Shown: positions 52,502-64,000 of the stretch, one piece after another
How positions within the stretch are numbered: the stretch's first letter is position 1
Layout: the number at the start of each line of letters is the position of its first letter
NCBI GenBank assembly: GCA_045837725.1
Contig: JBEWZL010000136.1
Location: forward strand, 62,001 to 126,000
Direction of reading: 5' to 3'
Length of the DNA stretch: 64,000 bases
Source of the DNA: Vermamoeba vermiformis
Taxonomy: Eukaryota
The notes under the pieces: generated by a model
What the model saw: the letters and a program-made list of their open reading frames with translations, nothing else
What the model was told of the DNA's origin: nothing
The model's database searches: none
Translations under genes and position numbers: made by a program

Positions 52502-54800
52502 TTAAACATTGGAATTTGTTCTAACCAACGGTAATTTCTTCGGTTGTCGCAAGCCATCCAAGCACTGTTTGAGAGTATCGATTGAACACGGTTTCATCAA
52601 GAAGTCATCCATTCCTGCTTTCAGTGCCATTGTTCTCTTCTCTTCCACTGCGTGTGCTGTCAGTGCTACTATCGGCGTCTTCACACCCAGTTCACGCAGT
52701 TCGGCAGCTGTAGTAACACCGTCTACCCAAGAAATTAATTCCAGTTAGTGTATTGTTGGTACGATGTACCTTTAACGGGCATTTCCAAATCCAACAAGAT
52801 CAAGTCATAGTGCGGACGCGGTGTCAAACTCATCTTCTGAACCGCGATCTGGCCATTCGATGCCACGTCTACTTCACAGCCTAATTTAACTAATTGACCC
52901 CTAAAGTTCGATTATTAGTCTTAGTATCTTTCTATATTAACAAACTAAGTATCACTCACTTAATGACCAGCTGGTTGACTGGATTGTCTTCAACGAGCAG
53001 AACGACCTTGCCAGAGGTGCCAGCGACTCGAGGAGAATCACTACTTGGGCTTAATGCAACAGCTGATAGAGCAAGCTCGTCGTCGTATGGAATCCAAAAA
53101 GTAAACTGGCTCCCTCTCTCTGGTCCGTCACTACAACGCGTGTCAAAAGCGCACGTTACATAGTTCGTTGATCACGTACCTTTTAACGCTGATAGCACCT
53201 TTCATCAACTCAATGAGCAACAGACAAATATTCAGCCCGAGGCCTGTGCCACCAAGGACTTGACCGTTCTTCTTCAACGATGCTTGTTCGAATGCTGAGA
53301 AGATTGACTCGAAGTCTTGAGTGTTGATGCCAACGCCTGTGTCGGCCACCGAAAAACGAACGAACTTTGTTCCAATCGTTCTGTCTTTGGTCAGCGTGTT
53401 GGGAGCAGTGAGTGATCTGCTGATCCCGTCTCTCGTGTCAACATCAACGCGAAGTGATATTGACCCTTCGTTCGTGAACTTGACTGCATTTGAAAGCAAG
53501 TTGACGAGTATTTGTTTGATCTTCACTTTGTCATTCTTGATTGATTTGGGAACGAGAGGAGATACCTCGGTTGTGAATGTGATCGACTTCTTTTGGTTCA
53601 ATAGAGGTGATATCACTTGTGCAGCCTCTTCAACGAGCTCTCTCAGTTTGATCTTCTCGGTCATCAGCTTCATCTTGCCTGCTTCGATCTAAGCAACGAG
53701 TTAGCGATCAGGTACCAAGTTCCGCGTGTCATGCGATGACGTCATCATGTCACATACCTTTGAGAAGTCAAGAATGTCATTGATCACTTGTAATAGATTC
53801 GTGGAGCATGTCTTGGCAATGTTGATGAGTTTGACGTATTCATCAGTCAGTGGTGCGAACTTGAGAATGTCGATTGCTCCGATGATGCCTGATAACGGCG
53901 TTCTGTAGAAGCAGGTCAATGAATAGTAACGCGTCGCTACTTCTTATCGTTATTCGTACCTGAGCTCGTGGCTCATTCTGCACAAGAATTCAGTTTTGTG
54001 CTTGTCCGCCTGCTCGAAGCGAGTGAACGTTTCAGAGAACTTGGCAATATTTATCACCATAAACATTCCCTCGGAAAATACACGGCTGGCAAAAGCTTCC
54101 CTATGAATAAGCAAACATAAATCCCTTATTGAACGAAAAAATTGTTCCGCTTACCATTCGTGTGCGAGATCTCTTTCCGGCATTAACTTTTGTTGATTAC
54201 GCATAAATATATAGCCCATAAAGAAATTGCATAGCATCGCAATCAAAACGCCTTCGAAGCCTATTAAAGAAACCACACGGTAAATTTCGTTTCAAAAAAA
54301 CTTCTGTCACGTACCTAAAGCAAGCCCATTTATGATGATAAACGCTGAACTTTGCATAACAAACACGTCAAATCCTTGTTCCGATGGAGTGGTAAAATAA
54401 ATTGCAAGGCCAATCACTAGGAACGCCGTGTACGATGCCTTTCGTTCCGAATCTGTCACACAAAATATGTATATCGTCAAGGCACTGACAAATGGCGCTG
54501 CTAATGATCCCGCACGATAAGGTCCTTGCTCGGTGTAATATAGACCTAGAAATTGACATTAACAATTTTTGAAATTGTAATAAATTATTAAATTAATTCG
54601 TGCCTATTATAATTCATTGAAATGATACCTGATGCTACGAAAATAAACTGTGGTATTGCAATAACAAATAATCTAAAAAATGCTCGAATAAACAGATCAG
54701 CCTTGGCAATGCTCGATCCGCCAACCCGCTTCGGCCGCCACATATGAGTGGTGATCCATGATATAGCGTAATCTTCTCGGTGGCGGTACCAGTTGGTCAT
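52502..54800 (-). CDS. Multi-TM hybrid histidine kinase, paralog 4
   Basis: Same motifs and exon layout; closest to paralog 3. Confidence 0.88.
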
Positions 54801-55432
54801 GATGTTGCCAACAGGTTTATTTAAAATAAATCACGCGCTTCTGAGAAGCATCTAACACAACGCAACAAACACAAACTGGCACGCTTTATTGTAATAACGG
54901 ATATCACTCAATGATTCTAGAATTCAAACCTTTTGCGAATCATTTGCCGTAGTTGCGATTAAAGGTAACCGATCAATAATTAATGCTAAAAATAAGCTAG
55001 CTTTTATTCATTAAGTCTATTATATGAAGCATTATTTTACAATTATTTACAAGTCTCCTAGGAGTCAGATTAGAAAAAATTATTTTAAAATCTGCTAGTC
55101 CGATCCGAAAATAGGCCCGAAAAGAATAGATTCTCAAACACCTTATTTGGTCCACCCAAAGGTTCTTGCTAAGATGCAATTGAAGCTATTGGCTAGTTGA
55201 TCTTACGGCAGTTCGGATTTCAAAAACACAAGTAAGACTTTCTTCGAGGCGAAGGTAGGATTTTTTGTCGATAAAGCACGTGAAATACAAGCTAGCAGCA
55301 CATGATTGGCCAAGCCTTTTTGACATCTGTCAGCAATTCTTCTTCTCCTTTTATTACGCGTTTCATTCAAAAAACGAAACCCAATAATTGATTTCACGTT
55401 TTGGCTTGATTCATTTTCATTCGAACGAAAAG

Positions 55433-58400
55433 ATGGCAACAAGGGCTCGGTTTCTACTAACGCTGTTCTTTAGCGTATTTTTTGTTGCATCCGTTTACAG
55501 CGTTCCCCAACTCCGTTTCTTGAACGCTCAATTCTACAACAACACAATTGGCTTTACTACCAGCCTAACAAATACAACTGGAACATTTGCTTTAACGGGT
55601 GATTTCCCAGCACTCTACTATCGTGGCATTGCTCACACTGTTTACTTGCCACTTCCATCTTCTGTTTACGGCTACCTCAACACCCCGCAAACGTATTATG
55701 CTTATAATACAAATGATGATTACTGGCCACACAACCCATTGGCGAATTTGACGGTTACTCTGACCAACAACCAAAGCTACAGTCTCATCTACGTTGCTCA
55801 AACGGATACTGAAAGGAGAGACAATGTTACTGGCAACTATGCGCTTACTACGAACTTCCCTACTCCGCAATTGTTCTTGTTCGAGGAAATTCCTACTTAT
55901 CTTGGTACTTTTGTCAAGATCGTGAACGTTGCTGGTAAGCACATCCGCCAAAGAAATTAGTTTCTTCTTATCCTTACGGAAGCATGAGAGTCACCTTGGA
56001 TTATTATGGCGACTACGATGTTCCTTTTGGAGGCTCAACCGACTTCATCGAAGTGAATTCAAACGAATATTTGTCCTTTGTGGCTCATTTCCCAGGCTTT
56101 AACAGTAAGAAAAATCTACAGAGAAGTGATTAATATTGATACTAACGCATAAATCAAACAGAAACCGCTCAAATTTGGGTTTACAACTTCACATCTAATG
56201 TGATCTACATTCGTGGTGATATTGGTAGTCCGTTTGACTTCAGCTTTGACACCACATCGATCAACTTGGAACAACTCCAGCAACAACCTGCCAATCCTCC
56301 AGTAGTATCTGTTCCTCCAGTTGATGTTCCAGCGTGGACCTGCAAGATCAGATTCATCAATGGCCTTAACAGCGATTATTATTATACTTTAACAATCTCC
56401 AATCAAAGTGCAGTTGTACATTCAATTTCAACCAAATACATTAGCGAATATGAATACTTCTTCGGCAGCGCTGGTTATTACACCGTAGAAGTTCAAGATC
56501 CGTACGAGAATAGTACTTTCGGCGTGGATGTCTTTCTGGAGAATTCCCAGAGTTATACCCTAATTAGTAACAGCTATTACGGTATAATCTTAGTTCAAGA
56601 CTTTCCGAATATCTACAGCCAGGATTTAAGCTACGTGCAAGTGGTTTACAACGGTAACTATTTCGAGTAAAGCATTCATTATGGTCGTATATTAACGACC
56701 ATATCTTAGTGGATCATATTGCCTTCATCGATTTGTTCACGGATAGGTGGGGCTGGCAAAAACCGTACGTGCACAACGGCGACTACTCTCCTTTTTCCTT
56801 CTCTCCGGACAGTTATGGAGGCTTGGCTAGCATTTCTGTGTATTCCGACAATTTTACAGGTATTACTGCGCAGCTCTCATACTTCGATGCATCTAACATC
56901 GACTAATAGTAAGCAATAACTTCTTCATGCCTAACGGAACTGCCACGACCATTTATATCCTGGGTTCAACTCCGAACGTTGGTTTTTACATTGACACGAA
57001 GCAATTGCCTGTGCCGATGGGTCCTCTTTGTACCAACGGCGTTCTTGAAAGCAACGGAGTTTGCAATTGCTTTTCAGGGTAGGTGGAAAACCGTTGCGTA
57101 GAAATGTACTTACTAATTTATTTGTAGGTTTTACTCCGACAACTCGTCGCCGTACAAGTGCAACGTGCCTAGTCCATCTTATTGTACTTTAAGGAATCAA
57201 AGTGACGCTCTGAGCAATGACTTTGTCCCGTACATGAATTGGTGGGCTACCGCGCAAGTCAACGGCAATCAATTGTTCGTCAGCATTTTATCCGAGCTCG
57301 TAAAGAATCGCCGCACCCTGATCGAGCTCCCGAACCCCCAATGCAACTTCCTGAATAGTCCCCAATACTATCAAATGACGTCCCAGAACTGCCAAGATCG
57401 TTTTGATATTCAATTTCCATTCGTTGAGTGTGGCTTTACGAAAGTATCAACACCTTACGAAGACTTCTACAAAGGCACTGTGCACGTGAAACAGATCGAT
57501 CAAGTGACAGTTGGAGGCATGACAACAGAACGAGTGATTGACACACCATTCCCAATCTCCATCAGAATGCCAAAACAACTCGCTGTAAGTCTAAACATTC
57601 CAACTGCCACTCTCTAACGTTGTTGTATCAGGTTGAATCATATGTGCAAGTGTTCGGTCCTCCGAGTCTTGCCATCGACGCAGCATTCGTTGGTCAAACA
57701 GTGAGCACTGAGACTCAGTCAGGCGATCTTCAATACGTCTCTGGAGTGCAATATCCTCTTCAAATCGAAGCAGTACAGCTCGTTGACTTGCCTTACGGAG
57801 TCTACGCGTGGGTCGAGCTTGTGAATGTCAACTGCACCGACTTCGGTCCTTGCGTTCAACGTCTTGAAGTGCACATCAACACAACGAGCTGTCAGATCTC
57901 AGGCACTTATCGCATGGTGGTGTCACTGAGCTGTCGAAGCGATCAAGGATGTCCTGATGAAGCAAAGAACGGTACTCAAGCATTCATCGAGTCACGCATT
58001 GTGTCACAAAGCTTGTGCAGTGAAGTTGGTGTGGACATTGATCTCAATGGGTACATTCAAGCGTACACCGATGCCACCTTCTCTTCGCCAGCATTGGCAT
58101 TCTATCCAGGACAGTAAGTAGTGAACGAAGAAAGCCTAATGAGGTGCAGTACTAACATCGATGTAGGTCTGCGTACTTCATGATCAACGCGTACTCATCA
58201 CGTGTCAGCTTGTCAAAAGTGACACTCGAATCAGTGTACTACTACGGACCAAACATCAACTTCCAGTACTTGTTCTTCAACGGCAATCAGACAGACATTG
58301 CCATGTCAAGCAACTTTGTGAGTGGATCGATGGGAAGCTCACAAGCATGGTTCGGTCTTGACGTGAGCGTGAGCACTCCTCAGTCGGGCGACAACACGCT

Positions 58401-58779
58401 GTTCAAGCTGTATCAAGGTCAAAACGGCGTGTACAACTTTGTTGCGGTTGTTGATGTCGAGTGGTTCGTTGCAAACTCATCGTCAAGTGTCACTCCGGTT
58501 GGACCTCCAGTGGAACCATCCAATCAACCCACTGACCCAGGAGCACCATTCACGTTCAAGAAGAGAATGGCACTGCAAGGCTCTGTGTCGAATCAAGGCT
58601 CACAGTTCACAGCACAAGTGCAAATTGCAGGTCCCACTCCATCGTCACAACAACCTCCTCAACAACAGCAACAACAAACGCCCGTTGTGGCTTCCAAACC
58701 TGACGATAAGCCTGTCTCTTCTGGTGTTTCGTTGATTGCTTCGTGGTTAGTTTTCTTCGTTATGTTCGTAACTCTTTAA
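55433..58779 (+). CDS. Secreted/GPI-anchored surface glycoprotein: two N-terminal beta domains, EGF-like, ZP-module-like region, KKR site, hydrophobic tail
   Basis: Signal peptide MATRARFLLTLFFSVFFVASVYS; two related repeats (LRFLNA / IRFING); EGF-like CTNGVLESNGVCNCFSG; C..C..FPFVECGF...YKGTV; YTDATFSSP...PGQ; FKKR; SSGVSLIASWLVFFVMFVTL. Confidence 0.75.
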
Positions 58780-58973
58780 CGAGCTAAGATTGTCAGTCCC
58801 AAATAAATTTACAATCTTTTGTGGACACGTAGTCAACCTGTTCAATTTTTGTTGAATTTTAATACCATTGTTAAACGCGAATAAATTGCAACCAATTTAC
58901 CGCTCGCGATTGAGACGTGCAGTTGCTGAATGTGGATCACACTGTGTTTGCACCTGCGTCATTTATTGACATT

Positions 58974-60968
58974 TTAGAAGAGCAGGGCTGAAGCAAGAGC
59001 CATTACAACCATCCATGACACTATAACTGAGACACTGGACGAGACAGGATCAGATACGGGTGGCGTTTGTTGTTGAACGGAAGGCGTGGGACCAGCGATC
59101 TGAACTTTCGCAGCGAATTGGGAGCCTTGATTGGCCGTCGAGCCTTGAAGCACCATTCTCTTTTTGAAAGGTGTTGGCACGTTGTACTGCTCCACGGGTG
59201 CTTCCGTTGGAATGCTCGGGTCGGTGGGAGGACCAATAAGATTTGACCCATTATTGGCAACGGAATATTCAACGTAGACCACTGCAACAAAGTTGTACAC
59301 GCCGTTTTGACCCGGGTTCAACTTGAACAGCGTGTTTTGATTCTCATAAGTCGTGCTGACAGCGACGTCAACACTGAACCACGCTTGCGAATTGCCTCGT
59401 GAGCCCAGCGTGAAGTTGTTCGCCACCGCAATGCCAGTAGGTTGTTGATAGTAGTACAAGTAATTCCAGCCAACGTTAGGTCCGTCGTAGGTCACGTAAT
59501 CGAACGTCACTTTTGACAAGTTGACACGTGACGAGTACGCGTTGATCAAGAAGTACGCAGTCCTATGTATTCATTAGTAAGTACTTGGCGCAAATATTTT
59601 GAGGCGAAGAAGGCAAGACTTACTGTCCAGGATAGAACGCGAGGGCAGGCTGGGTGAAATTAGCATCACTGTACATTTGAATGTAGCCGTTCAGATCGAT
59701 GTTGACGGCGACTTCAGGGCACACTCTTTGCGCGACAATGCGTGACTCGATGAACGCTTGAGTGTGGTTCTTGGCTTCTTCAGGACAGCCCAAATCACTT
59801 CGACATCCAACGGACAGCAACATGCGATAAGTGCCCGAGAAGTAGCAGTTTGTGGTGTTGAAATGGACCTCGACACGTTGAATGCAAGGACCGCCCTCAG
59901 TGCAGTTGACGTTCAGTAGCTCGACCCATGCATTGACACCATAAGGCAAGCCAACGAGCTCTACGGCCTCAATTTGCAAGGGATATTGCACGACAGACAT
60001 GTATTGAAGGTTTCCTGAACGAGTTTCAGCGCTCACTTCTTGACCGACGAATGCTGCATCGATGGCAAACGATGGAGGGCCGCTAAGTTGAATGAAGTTT
60101 GGACCTAATGAAAACAGCGTCAATTAGTTGATCACGTGACTTACTTCATCGCGTGTGCTTACCCAAAGTTGCTTGCTCATCCGGATCCACATCGGGAAAG
60201 GCGTGTTAATCACTCGTTCAGTGGTGATACCTCCAACAGTGATCAAGTCAATTTGCTTCACGTTGACAGTGCCCGTGTAGATGTCCTCGTACGGTGATGA
60301 AGAGGTCCTTGTGAAGCCGCACTCGAGGTACGGGAAAGTCATCTCAAAGCGGTCAACGCAGCCGTCATTGACGGTCTTAAAGTACTCTGGGCGCGAGAGG
60401 GAGTTGCACTGCGAGTTTGGTAGCTCGATCAGAGTGCGGCGATTGACGACAAGGTTCGAGTAAAACGTCCAAGACAACTGTTCGCCGTAGAGATCTGCGT
60501 AGCCCCACCAAGGCACCCAGTCGTTGCTGACAGAGTCCGTTTGGTTAAGCCAAGTACAGTAATACGGAGCACGATCAGTGCAAAACTGACTCGAGTTATC
60601 ATTGGCATTGAAGTAACTGGAGAATTCAAAAAGTTAACCCACATCCGGCAATAATATATGGAGTATTGAACTTACCCTGAGTAACAATTGCACATGCCAT
60701 TACTTTCAACATATCCATTGACGCACGTTGGTTCATCCGAGGTCGGGGTCGGATCAGGAATGTAGAAAGCTATAGGTTCTGCAACGTACGGAGTTGCATA
60801 AGGTTGTTGGACAGTATCGTACGGAGCTGCATCCGGTTGTTGGGCAGTATCGTACGGAGCTGCATCCGGTTGTTGGGCTGTATCGTACGGTGCTGCATCC
60901 GGTTGGGCAGTAACAGCAATAACGCTAATTATGATGCACACGAGCAGTGCCAATATTTTGTGCTGCAT
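58974..60968 (-). CDS. Paralogous surface glycoprotein (repeat stalk, EGF-like, ZP-module-like, KKR, GPI/TM tail)
   Basis: Signal MQHKILALLVCIIISVIAVTA; QPDAAPYDTAQ repeats; CVNGYVESNGMCNCYSG; exons colinear with 57165-58779; tail-to-tail with the + strand paralog. Confidence 0.75.
60786..60910 (-). repeat. Coding 33-nt tandem repeat (QPDAAPYDTAQ) x3 plus a degenerate fourth unit
   Basis: gtatcgtacgg(a/t)gctgcatccggttg recurs with 33-nt period. Confidence 0.9.
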
Positions 60969-61441
60969 TGTGTAGCTTCGGTTGAAATTATACTGAATTA
61001 ATTGCCATTGGCTGAAAGTGATTTATAGGCAGGACGAGAAGAATTGGTGACAGGTGTCACTGACCAATATTTCGACCAATCACATGAATATAAACTTGTG
61101 AATATTCGCGTGCTTGTTGTCGGCCATCTCCCAAAGATTCAATCGATTTCATTTTCGGAGCTGATCCGATTCGTTCAGTCGTTTGTGGGTATACTTGTAC
61201 GAATATATTCCATTGCAATTTTGAAGCTACTTGCTACTTCACAAACTGAATCAGAAATTGCGAATTGGGAGGCACGTGCCAACCAAATCCAACCTTCGGA
61301 TCAGATCTGAAGATAAACCAGTCAGTTGATAAGTACGTTTTGATATATCTATAACTTCATGAACCTACGGATATTGTTTTTCGAGCAAACGGGTCCGTTG
61401 AATTCACTGAATTCGGTGCTTAATCAAGCCATTGAGTGGAT

Positions 61442-63808
61442 CTACTTGCTGGAGTACTTATCCAAGCACAGTTTGAGAGTATCAATAGAACACGGTTTCA
61501 TCAAGAAGTCATCCATTCCTGCTTTCAGTGCCATTGTTCTCTTCTCTTCCACTGCATGTGCTGTCAGTGCAATGATTGGTGTTGTCACGCCCATTTCACG
61601 AAGTTCTGCAACTGTCTCTATGCCGTCTACAATATTGTGTTAACAATCATTAATGTCAAGCTGTCTAGCATACCTTTGACAGGCATCTCCAAGTCTAGCA
61701 AGATGATGTCATACTTGGGTCGAGATGTCAACTTCATCTTCTGAACGGCAATCTGACCATTCGATGCCACGTCAACTTGACAGCCCAATTTCATTAATTG
61801 ACCCCTAATATGATCGTTAATAATAATTTAGCAGCGTTATTAATTTGAAATGGGGCTTACTTGATGACCAGCTGGTTGACCTCATTATCTTCGACAAGAA
61901 ATACACGCAGCGATTGCATTGAGCCAGATATACTTTCTTGCACGTGTTTGTCCTCTTCAAAAGAATCTTTTAATGTGCCGTTGCAATCGCTATTTTTCAA
62001 TGGCAGCCAAAAAGTGAATTTGCTTCCTTGATCCGACCCGGCACTTTTGAACCGAGTTAGTACGATCACGAAATAATAGGGAATGGTGATATATATACCT
62101 TTTAATACTGATAGCGCCTTCCATAAGTTTGACAATCAAGACGCAAATGTTCAAACCAAGTCCCGTGCCCCCGACCAAAATATCTTTTTTCTTGTTTGAC
62201 GCTTGTTCGAAGGCTGAAAATATCGTTTTGAAATCTTTCGCGTTAACTCCAACACCAGTGTCTTTCACTGAAAACTGAAGATATTTCTCGTCCCCTGATG
62301 ACTTGGCCCAATTGATCATCATCGTGTTGGACTTTGCACCGGCAGTTTTGATCTTGTGTTGGTTCGATAATTTCACGGTGAGCGTGATATTTCCTTGCGA
62401 TGTAAATTTCACGGCATTTGAAAGTAAATTGACGAGTATTTGTTTCACTTTTGTTTTGTCGCCGAAGAACATATCGGGAAGATAGCCTTTCAGTCTCGAC
62501 TCGAATTTGATCAGTTTCTTTTGGTTCAATAGCGGTGATATCACTTCTGATGCTTCATTCACTAATGCCTCAATTTTTATGCAGCTTTCTTCGAGCTTCA
62601 TTTTGCCGGCCTCAATCTAAAGTCCAATCGTTAGGATAGAGATTATACGTAGAGTTTATATGAGGTACCTTTGAAAAGTCGAGAATGTCATTGATAAGCT
62701 GCAATAGATTCGTGGAGCATGTCTTGGCAATGTTGATGAGTTTGACGTATTCATCAGTCAGTGGTGCGAACTTGAGAATGTCGATTGCTCCAATGATGCC
62801 CGATAACGGCGTTCTATAAATAGAAAAGATTCAGCGAACCAAATATAGAATTGATAAAACTAATGTCCGTTCGTAATTATGCAATGCCAAGTGTGAATCT
62901 ATCCAAATTAGCTAATTTAGGGAATATTGTTCTATTAGGGTGGTTTAGCATCCGCGGCAAATCTAAAATTAGTATTATAAAATAGTACCTTAATTCATGG
63001 CTCATGCGCGCTAAGAAATCAGTCTTGTGCTTGTCCGCTTGTTCAAACCTTGCGAAGATCTCGTGTAATTTTCTGATGGCTATCAACATCAATAAGCCCT
63101 CCGTTATTGTGCGGGATAAATATGGTACGCTATAGTTTCGAGGAATAATTAAATATGGAAGGTAAATCCTTTCACGTACAGTAACACCGACAGATCCCGT
63201 CCACTTGTTTCATAAATTCGTTGCTGATAATTCGTTAAATAGCCGACTATTAAGTTGCCTATAGTACTAAGCAAAACACCTTCGGATCCTATTAGACAAA
63301 CGGTTAGATCTGTTTTTAGGACGCGAAATCTTACCCATCGTAACTCCATTTAGCATTACATAGGTTCCGCTATGCATCACCATCATGTCAAACGATACTT
63401 CTTTTTTAGTGCCCATATAAATTAAGAAGTACATTGTTAATAGGGACGTGTAACCAGCTTTTCGTTCCGAATCCGTTCGGCAAAATATGTATGTACAAAT
63501 AATCCGGATAATTGGAGCTGTAAATGCCAACATTCGAAACCGAGTTGGGACATTGTAAATTAGCCCTAAAAAATAATTTAGAAATAATAAAATTAATTTT
63601 TGGTCATTTTACCTGCTGAGGAGACTATTGAGAGCATGAATGAAACCAAAAATATTCTAAAATAAGCTCTAATAATTAAATCTGCCTTTGCTTTGCTCGA
63701 TCCATCGGTTCTTCTAGGGCGCCAAAATTTGGTCGTGATCCACGAGATTATTCGCTCTTCTATTCGCCAATAAATCTCGCTAGGATGAAAAACATCTTCA
63801 CGGGTCAT
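61442..63808 (-). CDS. Multi-TM hybrid histidine kinase, paralog 5
   Basis: WRPRRTDGSSKAKAD; YIFCRTDSERKA; FLARMSHELR/TPLSGIIG; NLLSNAVKFT; GGTGLG; LVEDN; LLDLEMPVK; MKPCS; ends DKYSSK*. Confidence 0.88.
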
Positions 63809-64000
63809 GGTTACGTCATATCAAATTTTATTAAATCAATGTTACTTCGCATTTTGTTTTGTTCAACGTTCGTGAACAATATCCATTTTTGGAACCAACG
63901 AAAATTGTTCCGCTTCTCGTTTTGCGTCGTAAATCTTTTTGAGACGAGCTGATAAGTAAGTTGGCCTTGGTTTTGCTAAACCGCCAACTTTTTCGCCAAA

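Noticed and set aside
60786-60910. 33-nt periodic repeat considered as a CRISPR array
   Set aside because: Units are contiguous with no unique spacers, lie in frame within a coding exon, and no cas genes are present; the DNA is eukaryotic.
26329-61744. Recurrent plus-strand ORFs reading ...LRVSIEHGFIKKSSIPAFSAIVLFSSTACAVSA... (26329, 29297, 49973, 52509, 61359)
   Set aside because: Antisense shadows of the conserved receiver-domain exon of the minus-strand histidine kinases; not independent genes and not a CRISPR-like repeat.

Overview
Eukaryotic, AT-rich, intron-dense genomic DNA with short GT-AG introns (two likely GC-AG) and an apparently standard genetic code. The source is probably a free-living protist; an amoebozoan is my inference from the receptor-kinase architecture and the expansion of hybrid histidine kinases. 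About 26 protein-coding genes can be reconstructed, many of them local paralogs. They comprise: a beta-helix surface protein; two F-box genes; an intron-containing PAS-HisKA-HATPase-REC kinase that closely resembles the N-terminal half of bacterial TodS/StyS aromatic-hydrocarbon sensors; an endosulfine; a PHF10-like double-PHD protein; three small membrane-anchored microproteins missed by the ORF track; two cytochrome P450s; an SDR; NR2C2AP; an M43 metalloprotease; a TPR protein; five multi-TM hybrid histidine kinases with a shared unrecognised sensor domain; a class-V PLP lyase; an ankyrin protein; two Ig-repeat receptor kinases; and two tail-to-tail surface proteins with a zona-pellucida-module-like layout. 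No rRNA, tRNA, CRISPR array or intact transposon was seen. Gene spans were assembled by eye from splice signals, so internal exon boundaries are approximate. Family assignments come from motif recognition, not from database searches.
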